A model generated the notes under the pieces. It was not told the DNA's origin. It saw only the letters and a program-made list of their open reading frames with translations, and ran no database searches. Shown in pieces: positions 1-7,191 of a stretch of DNA of 12,580 nt. Within the stretch, counting starts at the first letter, position 1; the number at the start of each line of letters is the position of its first letter. The stretch is from assembly GCA_002794465.1 (NCBI GenBank), contig MTSL01000149.1:1-12580 (forward strand), in the 5' to 3' direction. Source of the stretch: Paramicrosporidium saccamoebae KSL3. Lineage: Eukaryota; Fungi; Cryptomycota. Both the position numbers and the translations under genes were made by a program.

Positions 1-304
1 GCATGTACAGACCAAGGATAACACCCTTTTCACTAGAACAAGATTAATAAGCTTCCGATTTTGTTTATATTCTTTCCATCAATAGGAATCAACCAAAGGT
101 ACATTACCTTTGCAAGTGTCTGATTGGTTCATACCTCGACAATGCGCATTAAACCAATCATAGTAGCTACAAAGTCCGCCAAAAGAGCACCCGCACCAAT
201 CTGCATCCAGTGACGCATCTTGTACTGGTGCGCACCCTTCTCGTTTCACTTCACACCTCATATCTAATCACACAGGTACATCTTGGTCGATCGATCCTAA
301 TGCA

Positions 305-830
305 ATGGGTAGATTAGGCTTTAAACGGATGGGTTCCAAGAAGAGCGGTAACACTAGTGATCGACCGCTACAGACCCCTTCTACCGGGCCCGGGGAACCC
401 AAAAATACATCCTCATCGCACCTCAAGCTAGAGGAGGTTGCAGTGTCTGGTAGGGCGTCCCCCATGAAGGGCGGCCTCAGCCCCGCGGATCCCTCGCGTT
501 CCGCATCTGCCAACACAATAGACACCCAGAAGACTAAGGAAATTATGGGCAAGGTGGATGTGGCTACCAAGACCATGGAGCAGAACATCCAGGCGGCTAC
601 ACAGCGTGGCGAATCCCTGAATGAGCTGCAGGACAAGTCCCGTACACTTACATATGTAGACTAATGATTTAGAGGCGGTGGCAGAGTCATCAAAGCAGTT
701 TTCAAAGAATGCCAAGACGGTGAAGAAGAATCTGTGGTGGAAGAATATGAAGTTTACATTGATCATTGTGTTTGTCGTGATATGCCTCGCGGCAGGCATT
801 GGAGTTGTCGTATGGCTTCAGTCAAAGTAA
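305..830 (+). CDS. Synaptobrevin/VAMP-type R-SNARE (Snc-like brevin), paralog 1; exons 305-641 and 673-830, about 164 aa
   Basis: R-SNARE motif KVDVATKTMEQNIQAATQRGESLNELQDKS-QAVAESSKQFSKNAKTVKKNLWWKNMK with zero-layer Arg, the WWKN juxtamembrane motif and a C-terminal TM helix (FTLIIVFVVICLAAGIGVVVWL). The 31-nt intron 642-672 (gtacac...actaatgatttag, CTAAT branch) restores VAMP spacing. The start is uncertain: ATG 305 or 329, and a possible further upstream intron at 243-275. Confidence 0.92.
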
Positions 831-859
831 CAAGTTCCAATTAGTAGAAATCTGATTTC

Positions 860-865
860 AATAAA
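860..865 (+). terminator. Candidate polyadenylation signal, R-SNARE 1
   Basis: AATAAA about 30 nt after the stop at 830. Motif only. Confidence 0.45.
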
Positions 866-971
866 GCCCCTCATAACTACAGACCTGAAATTAGGGAAGA
901 TTGCAGAATGTATCCGCCTCTTTAAGATTACTATTCGGATCTGATTGGCCCGTCAAATAAATACACTTCTG

Positions 972-1388
972 ATGGACAGTGGTTTCGCCCCAGACCGCCG
1001 TTCTCCAAATCTGGTCTATGAACAAGCCTCAGATTCTACAAGCAATCTACACCCCAAGCAGTTTCGACCAGCTGATCTCCCTTCCCCCGGAGATAGCTCT
1101 GAGAAGACGCGGGCCTTGCAAAAAAAGGTTACCTATCTTTCTCGGACCATGCATCACAACCTACAGGCGGCCATGCTTCGTGGTGACGATCTAGTGGACT
1201 TGGGGCGGAAGGCGGGCGAACTGGAGCTGGGCAGTAAGGCCTTTGTGAGAGCTAGTACGACCGCGCATCGAAAAATTTGGTGGAACGAACAGCGATACCG
1301 GAGGATAGCATTGGGTGCTTTGGTTCTATGCACAGGTCTACTTATACTATGGATCATTATAAGACACTATTTACCATTTCCGTTCTAG
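972..1388 (+). CDS. Synaptobrevin/VAMP-type R-SNARE, paralog 2, intronless, 138 aa from ATG 972
   Basis: KVTYLSRTMHHNLQAAMLRGDDLVDLGRKAGELELGSKAFVRASTTAHRKIWWNE has a zero-layer Arg and the WW motif, followed by a TM helix IALGALVLCTGLLILWIII. The ORF track starts at TTG 945; the first ATG is 972. Confidence 0.85.
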   Translation: MDSGFAPDRRSPNLVYEQASDSTSNLHPKQFRPADLPSPGDSSEKTRALQKKVTYLSRTMHHNLQAAMLRGDDLVDLGRKAGELELGSKAFVRASTTAHRKIWWNEQRYRRIALGALVLCTGLLILWIIIRHYLPFPF

Positions 1389-1414
1389 TGTAAAGATTAA
1401 TTAAATACCATTTA

Positions 1415-1886
1415 ATGGGAAATGAACTGTACCGGCGAGACCCGTACAGGGAAAGGGACAGGGACAGGGACAGGAATAGACGCAGGAGCAGAAGTCAAAG
1501 TAGAGACAGGAATAGGTCAACAGAAAGACATCGTCCTTACCATCGACGTGACTACACAGACGGGCATGACGAGTACCGCCATCAGGAGCGACGCAGACGA
1601 AGCCCCTCTCCGTCCAAGACTGTTGTAGATGTAACCAAAGTAGATGCCGATGATGAAGAGGCCATTGCCCGAGCAATGGGGTTTGGGGGCTTTGCTACTA
1701 CAAAGGTATCATTTAGTAAGTGGCTGACGTTAGGGAAAAAAGGTTGCCGGCAATGTTGTGGGAGCAGTGGACAAGAAGAAAAAGAAGACTGAATATAGAC
1801 AGATCCTGCACCGAAAGAAGCTCTATGAAATACCGTTAACACGGCAACAAGCAGAAGAGAAGCAGCAGGGCGTCCCTCCTGAATAA
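1415..1886 (+). CDS. SNRNP27: U4/U6.U5 tri-snRNP 27 kDa protein (SNRNP27/snRNP27K); exons 1415-1705 and 1734-1886, 147 aa
   Basis: RS/RD-rich N-terminus, then AMGFGGFATTK|GKKVAGN...KTEYRQILHRK...PL, matching the family motif MGF..F.TTKGKKV...YRQYMNR...PL. The 28-nt intron 1706-1733 (gtatca...gctgacgttag) joins TTK to GKKV. Confidence 0.9.
1448..1474 (+). repeat. Coding hexamer tandem repeat (AGGGAC)n encoding RE/RD dipeptides of SNRNP27
   Basis: agggaa agggac agggac agggac agg, in frame with RERDRDRDR. Confidence 0.85.
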
Positions 1887-1887
1887 A
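1882..1887 (+). terminator. Candidate polyadenylation signal overlapping the SNRNP27 stop codon
   Basis: gAATAAAt contains the TAA stop at 1884-1886. Confidence 0.35.
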
Positions 1888-2318
1888 TCTGTCTCCATCC
1901 GTAAAATGCATGCTAACAAGTACAGACACTGGGCTTTTGCGTCGCAATGTGGAGTGATTGATGTAAGATTTTTTGAGACTCGAGGACCCGATGAAAATTC
2001 AGGAGCATGCAATGTATAAAAGCGGGAGGGTCATCAAGACTGAGAGATTCAATGGATAGTCAGAGACACACGTGTAAAGTGGTGCATTGACCTGACCACT
2101 ATCATGTTAGCGAGTCTATCCACCAATCGAGCCCACTGCTGCCTTAAAGCAGATAGTAGTGATCAAACCTGCTCCCGCTCCCATGATCCTGTCCATCGCT
2201 CATCACACACACAAATACAAAATTTAGTGATACAGTATTACTCTTCTCACGCACATAAGTATCGTGTCGCAGCACTACTCAACCGCAAAAGGCAAGGGAA
2301 TCTTAATAGAGGTATCAT

Positions 2319-2326
2319 CCAATCAG
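2319..2326 (+). promoter_or_regulatory. CCAAT box upstream of HSP90
   Basis: CCAATCAG, an NF-Y/HAP-type context, about 30 nt upstream of the HSE. Motif match only. Confidence 0.45.
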
Positions 2327-2353
2327 AACACTCCGTTACCCCTGATTAGTCCC

Positions 2354-2368
2354 GGAATTTTCCAGAAC
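2354..2368 (+). promoter_or_regulatory. Heat-shock element, perfect three-unit nGAAnnTTCnnGAAn
   Basis: gGAAt tTTCc aGAAc, 66-80 nt upstream of the HSP90 ATG and 15 nt upstream of a TATAAA. Confidence 0.85.
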
Positions 2369-2383
2369 AGCACTGTGGGGGTC

Positions 2384-2389
2384 TATAAA
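2384..2389 (+). promoter_or_regulatory. TATA box of HSP90
   Basis: cTATAAAg, ending 44 nt before ATG 2434 and just downstream of the HSE. Confidence 0.7.
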
Positions 2390-2433
2390 GGCACCAGGCA
2401 AGCCCCGAACGGCACAACATCATATACGACAAA

Positions 2434-4557
2434 ATGCCGGAACCGAACACTGAGACTTTTGCCTTCCAGGCTGAAATTAACCAGCTGATGAGCCTCATCA
2501 TCAACACTTTCTATAGCAACAAGGAAATTTTCCTCCGTGAGCTTATTTCCAACTCGTCGGATGCCATCGACAAGGTCCGTTACCAGTCCCTGACTGACAA
2601 GTCCAAGCTCGATACTTGTCCCGAGCTCTTCATACATATTATTCCCGACAAGGCTAACAAGACCTTGACTATCCGTGACTCTGGTGTTGGTATGACCAAG
2701 GCTGACCTGGTCAACAATCTCGGAACCATTGCTCGTTCCGGAACGAAGCAGTTCATGGAGGCTCTCCAAGGTGGCGCTGATATCAGCATGATTGGGCAGT
2801 TTGGAGTTGGTTTCTACTCTGCCTACCTGGTTGCTGACAAGGTTGAGGTCATCACCAAGCACAATGACGACGAACAGTACATTTGGGAGTCATCTGCCGG
2901 TGGTCACTTTACCATCACCCGCGATACTGTCAACCCCTCCATTGGACGAGGAACCATTATGCGTCTCGTGATTAAGGAGGATCAGCAAGAGTACCTCGAG
3001 GTTGCTCGCTTAAAGTCCATTGTCAAGAAGCATTCCGAGTTTATCAACTACCCCATCTACATTGAAGAAGTTAAGGAGAAGGAGGTGGAGCAGGAAGAAG
3101 AGGCAAAGGAGGGCGAAGAGGCAGTCGAGGCAGTCGAGGAAAAGGATGAAGAGAAGACTGAAGAGGAAGAGGACGAAAAGACTGAAAAAGACGAAAAGAA
3201 GAAAAAGACTGTCAAGGAGAGCGTCAAGGAGATGGTTCTTCTTAACAAGACCAAGCCACTCTGGACCCGCAATCCTGAAGAGGTCACCGAGGAAGAATAT
3301 GCCTCCTTCTACAAGGCCTTCTCTAACGACTGGGAGGATCATTTGGCTGTCAAGCACTTTTCGGTTGAAGGTCAGCTTGAATTCCGGGCCATGCTCTTCG
3401 TCCCTAGCCGTGCCCCCTTTGATCTTTTCGAATCCAAGAAGAAGCGCAACAACATTCGCCTCTATGTCCGACGTGTGTTCATCACTGATGACTGCGAAGA
3501 GTTGATCCCTGAATGGCTGAGCTTTGTGAAGGGTGTCGTTGACTCTGAGGATCTTCCGCTGAACATTTCTCGTGAGATTCTTCAACAGAATAAGATTTTG
3601 AAGGTCATTCAGAAGCATCTGGTGAAGAAGTGTCTTGAAATCTTCACAGAGATCGCCGAGAACAAGGAGAAATTCACCAAGTTCTACGAAGCCTTTGGCA
3701 AGAACATTAAGCTTGGAATCCACGAGGATGCCGCCAACCGGGAGAAGCTTGCGGGTCTTTTGCGTTTCCATTCCACCAAGGCTGCCGACGAGATGGCCTC
3801 CTTCAAGGACTATATCACTCGCATGCCCGAAGGCCAGAAGAATATTTACTATATCACTGGAGAATCCAAGGCTGCGGTGGAGCGCTCCCCCTTCCTGGAA
3901 GCTCTGAAGAAGAAGGGATTTGAGGTTCTCTTCATGGTTGATCCCATTGATGAGTACATGGTCCAACAGCTCAAGGACATTGAGGGACACAAGCTTGTCT
4001 GTGTAACCAAGGAAGGTCTCGAACTTGAGGAGACTGAGGAGGAAAAGGCCGCCGAGGAGGACAAGAAGAAGGACTTTGAGACTGTCTGTAAAAAGATTAA
4101 GGAAGTTCTTGGTGACAAGATTGAGAAGGCTGCTGTATCTAAGCTTCTTAGCCGCTCTCCTTGTATTCTTGTGACTAGCGCCTTTGGATGGTCTGCCAAC
4201 ATGGAGCGCATCATGAAGGCCCAGGCACTCCGTGATAGCTCAATGGCTGCGTACATGAAGAGTAAGAAGACTATGGAGATTAACCCCGATCATGCCATCA
4301 TCAAGAGCATCAAGGCTCGCGTTGAGGAAGACAGTGAAGACTCCACGACCAACGACTTGATCCATCTCTTGTACGAAACTGCTTTGATCACATCTGGCTT
4401 CACTCTCGAGGATACTTCTGACTTTGCCAGCCGTATCCACCGTATGATTAAGCTTGGTCTGGGCATTGAGGACAGTGCCGAGGAGGCCGAGACAGAGGCT
4501 ATTCAACCTACACCTGCGGCTGTTCCCGCCGATGCCAAGATGGAAGAGGTCGATTAA
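2434..4557 (+). CDS. HSP90: Cytosolic heat shock protein 90, intronless, 707 aa
   Basis: [64 protein letters not shown], charged linker, [11 protein letters not shown] and C-terminal MEEVD. Confidence 0.99.
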   Translation: MPEPNTETFAFQAEINQLMSLIINTFYSNKEIFLRELISNSSDAIDKVRYQSLTDKSKLDTCPELFIHIIPDKANKTLTIRDSGVGMTKADLVNNLGTIARSGTKQFMEALQGGADISMIGQFGVGFYSAYLVADKVEVITKHNDDEQYIWESSAGGHFTITRDTVNPSIGRGTIMRLVIKEDQQEYLEVARLKSIVKKHSEFINYPIYIEEVKEKEVEQEEEAKEGEEAVEAVEEKDEEKTEEEEDEKTEKDEKKKKTVKESVKEMVLLNKTKPLWTRNPEEVTEEEYASFYKAFSNDWEDHLAVKHFSVEGQLEFRAMLFVPSRAPFDLFESKKKRNNIRLYVRRVFITDDCEELIPEWLSFVKGVVDSEDLPLNISREILQQNKILKVIQKHLVKKCLEIFTEIAENKEKFTKFYEAFGKNIKLGIHEDAANREKLAGLLRFHSTKAADEMASFKDYITRMPEGQKNIYYITGESKAAVERSPFLEALKKKGFEVLFMVDPIDEYMVQQLKDIEGHKLVCVTKEGLELEETEEEKAAEEDKKKDFETVCKKIKEVLGDKIEKAAVSKLLSRSPCILVTSAFGWSANMERIMKAQALRDSSMAAYMKSKKTMEINPDHAIIKSIKARVEEDSEDSTTNDLIHLLYETALITSGFTLEDTSDFASRIHRMIKLGLGIEDSAEEAETEAIQPTPAAVPADAKMEEVD

Positions 4558-4610
4558 AGACGAATTAATAAGAATATATGTGTGAGCATCTCTCTGGACC
4601 AGGGGATTCC

Positions 4611-4627
4611 AATAAAGGGCTAATAAA
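4611..4627 (+). terminator. Candidate polyadenylation signals, HSP90
   Basis: Two AATAAA at 4611-4616 and 4622-4627 in the 108-nt gap before MCD. Confidence 0.5.
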
Positions 4628-4665
4628 AGGTCTTTACTACAAACTTTACAGAACAAGCGCTCGTA

Positions 4666-5799
4666 ATGTCACGATTTGGAAAAGTCTTTCAGCCGAGCGT
4701 CACTTATTCTGCAATTTCCAACGTCCTGAAATCATTTCGATTCTCAACTCCAGATGAGAAACAGATGGCATGCCGATTTGCAGGTCGGGTCCTGAACAAT
4801 GTAGCCAAAGTTTAGCGTGGTAAACAACACATAGCCTGAGACAATGACCATGGCAAAGACAAAATTACGAGCGGCGGATGATTCAATATTGAACCAGATT
4901 CTAGAATTCAGAGCATCCCTACCGGTAGAGTGAGGATTCTTTGTTAACTCGACAGAAATTGTCCTGGAGACATCCGGTGGAGACAATGACCAAGGAGGTG
5001 CTAATAGAGCGCTTTAGTGATAGACGACTGGAATGTCGACGTCTGACTGATGGTCAACTCGGTGCAGATGTACAGGATTATGTAGCATGTATTTCGGATT
5101 ACTAAGCGGTAGCTGATTTCGAGGGAGCGAGTTCACAAAATGGACGGCCAGGAATCATTACAAAGAAGACTCCAAGACAATTTGACTGCGTATGGATTGT
5201 TTCATCCAGTGACTGGCAACTACCCGCTGACTGTGATTTATGTTGCCCTCAGAGAATCTTTTCCGCCGACTATAAGCGTACGGTCCTATGGGCACCCTGA
5301 GCAATAGGATATATTTGATCGTTCCGTTAGTGCAAGTCCCAGCTTTGCCGTGTTTTATTCAATCTCGCTTTGTCACATGGGAGCTAAAGGACTTGGACTG
5401 GGAAACAAGTTGATCATGTCAATGTTGCCAATGCTCCGAGCTCAGTTTCCCTCAGTCGGACACTTTCAGACACTGTCACCAATCTACAATTTTGAAAGGT
5501 GGCTCGCGATCAAGTATCCTGATGCATCGCCGACAAATCTGCTGTCTGCCTGTGAGCAATACCTAAGCGACAATTTCCAAAGGACATCAGAGGTTGTCGA
5601 TTCAGTTGCAAGCTTTCACTACAACAATGGAGCAGTCCTCAAAAGCGTCGTTCCCGATGCAAACCCCATGTATTTCAAGTGACATATTCATTTTATCGGT
5701 AGGGCTAAAAGTTCATTTGGAATGATGGCCAGCTATCTATATGAGCCTGAAAAGCTGATGGAGAGGGTCACACTCCGCAGAAGAAAGAGTCCTGTTTGA
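4666..5799 (+). CDS. MLYCD: Malonyl-CoA decarboxylase family protein; exons 4666-4800, 4835-4924, 4956-5081, 5113-5277, 5308-5669, 5703-5799; 324 aa
   Basis: Five introns (34, 31, 31, 30, 33 nt) give one open frame with MCD motifs ILEFRASL, LISRERVH, PLTVIYVAL, AVFYSISL...GLGLGNKLI, FQTLSPIYNFERWL, VASFHYNNGAVL and SFGMMASYLY. The first ~29 residues are basic/hydroxylated with no acidic residue, like a transit peptide. The 3' end may be extended (see findings). Confidence 0.85.
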
Positions 5800-5880
5800 G
5801 GGCTAGCCATCTTTATTAGCTTAAGAGGTGATGGAGGAGACTACACTCCGCAGGCAAAAGAGCCCTGTTGGCTAGTCCAG
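5752..5880 (+). repeat. Imperfect direct repeat with 73-nt period covering the MCD C-terminus (copies start at 5752 and 5825)
   Basis: 5752-5796 vs 5825-5869 match at 34 of 45 nt by hand count, including an identical ACACTCCGCAG. Both copies are followed by GGCTAG. Confidence 0.85.
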
Positions 5881-5886
5881 CACAAT

Positions 5887-5892
5887 AATAAA
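5887..5892 (+). terminator. Candidate polyadenylation signal, MCD
   Basis: The first AATAAA after the MCD stop lies downstream of the second repeat copy. Confidence 0.45.
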
Positions 5893-5922
5893 GATGACCG
5901 GGGATTCAGTGAAGCCAACGAG

Positions 5923-7140
5923 ATGAATAATCACTCAGAGGCTTGGCAAACCGCGACCAACGCAAAAATGACAAAACCAAGAGACCTGAATCGAGAGGGC
6001 GGGTACATTGTGGCCAGTGATTCAAAAGGCGGTATCCCGTGCCGCTTCTTTGCACAAGGACACTGCGCTGCCGGGCCTGCTTGCACCTTTAGTCATACTA
6101 TTTCAGACACACAACCCTGCAAATTTTATTCCAGCGGAGGTTGTAAATTTGGAGACAAGTGTGCACTCTCCCACGTTCAACCCTGCGAGGATCCGCGTGC
6201 TGTCGTCCAGAGTGTCAAAATACCCACGGTAAACAGAGTTCGGAGCGACGAGTCTATGGAAAAGGACATGCTGCCATCAGATTTGCTGGAGCAGCTTAAT
6301 ATCGGCGATCAGAAGCCATCTACTTCTCTTCCCTTTGGGTCCATTTCGTTTGCAAAGTCTGCACAGCTCAGAGTTGAGCCGGGCCCCCCTTCATGTTTTG
6401 TCGCAAGTCGTTCAGCAGAGTCCAGCCTTTCGCCAATTCCGCCTACTCTGCCCGTCTCAGTCCTTGCTAGTAGCAGCATGTCAAGCGATCTCTGTGCTTT
6501 TGCAATGGTGGGAAAGTGTCGCTTTGGAAGCACTTGCAAGAACATTCACGGGCTTCAGTGTCCACGATGTCTACGCTACTGTCTGCATCCCCACGATATT
6601 GAGAAGAATGAAGTGCACATTGAGGAGTGTCTTGGAAGAGATGACGTTCCGTCACCAGACTTTATGTACGCTATTGAATGTGGCATCTGCCTTGAGAAAA
6701 TTGCCTTGAAGGATGATCCCCGCTTTGGGTTACTAAACTGCGACCATGCGTTCTGTCTGAGCTGCATCAGAACCTGGAGAGGAAAGCACACTATGCACGA
6801 TCTGGCCACAAAATCCTGCCCCCTATGTCGGGTAGTGACGTATTTTATCATTCCGTCATCAACTTGGACTACGGGAATAGAGGAGAAGCAGAGAATTATT
6901 GAAGCATACAAGAAGAAACTGGGTGAGATTGATTGCAAGTATTTTTACTATGGTGACGAGGTGTGTCCTTTTGGGGGCAGCTGCTTCTACGCCCATCGGT
7001 ACCGCAGCGGAATACTCAAGGAAAAGGCTGCTCTTAGATCTTATATTGACCAGAATGAACAACACAAGGTCGTTCGCGAGACGAGGCTGTGCGACTTTAT
7101 CGACTTTCAAATGACAAAGTCTAAAAATAAAACAAAGTAA
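5923..7140 (+). CDS. MKRN: Makorin RING-type E3 ubiquitin ligase, intronless, up to 405 aa
   Basis: Three CCCH fingers (CRFFAQGHC...H, CKFYSSGGC...H, CAFAMVGKC...H), the makorin Cys-His motif (CPRCLRYCLHP...HIEEC), a C3HC4 RING (CGICLE...FGLLNCDHAFCLSCIRTWR...CPLCR) and a terminal CCCH (CKYF...CPFGGSCFYAH). In-frame ATG 5968 (aaaaATG) is an alternative start. Confidence 0.95.
   Translation: MNNHSEAWQTATNAKMTKPRDLNREGGYIVASDSKGGIPCRFFAQGHCAAGPACTFSHTISDTQPCKFYSSGGCKFGDKCALSHVQPCEDPRAVVQSVKIPTVNRVRSDESMEKDMLPSDLLEQLNIGDQKPSTSLPFGSISFAKSAQLRVEPGPPSCFVASRSAESSLSPIPPTLPVSVLASSSMSSDLCAFAMVGKCRFGSTCKNIHGLQCPRCLRYCLHPHDIEKNEVHIEECLGRDDVPSPDFMYAIECGICLEKIALKDDPRFGLLNCDHAFCLSCIRTWRGKHTMHDLATKSCPLCRVVTYFIIPSSTWTTGIEEKQRIIEAYKKKLGEIDCKYFYYGDEVCPFGGSCFYAHRYRSGILKEKAALRSYIDQNEQHKVVRETRLCDFIDFQMTKSKNKTK
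7126..7131 (+). terminator. Candidate polyadenylation signal inside the last codons of makorin
   Basis: AATAAA six nt before the stop codon. The following 51-nt intergenic gap has none. Confidence 0.3.
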
Positions 7141-7191
7141 ATTGTCGTAAATCCCGAATAGGTCGTTGATAATTGTGGCTGCGCCATTTCA

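Noticed and set aside
1-304. ORF 79-261 (minus), a short hydrophobic minus-strand frame MRHWMQIGAGALLADFVATMIGLMRIVE, and intron-like segments at 5-36 and 243-275 (plus)
   Set aside because: No model gives a recognisable protein, and the window edge prevents testing. The 243-275 segment may be a 5'UTR or upstream intron of R-SNARE 1 but cannot be tied to a start codon.
1966-2206. Sm-site-like AGATTTTTTGAG (1966-1977) and a minus-strand C box GTGATGA (2206-2200) with a downstream CTGA
   Set aside because: No U1, U2, U4, U5 or U3 signature sequences are nearby, and the C and D boxes are not flanked by a matching terminal stem.
2383-4656. Long antisense and alternative-frame ORFs over HSP90 (2383-2862, 3010-3990, 3020-3505, 3849-4256, 4240-4656 and others)
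   Set aside because: These are shadow ORFs produced by the codon bias and Glu/Lys-rich composition of a highly expressed gene. The translations have no recognisable motif.
5894-5926. Ten-codon uORF whose TGA overlaps makorin ATG 5923
   Set aside because: It lies immediately after the MCD poly(A) signal and may not be in the makorin transcript. Short ORFs like this are common by chance.
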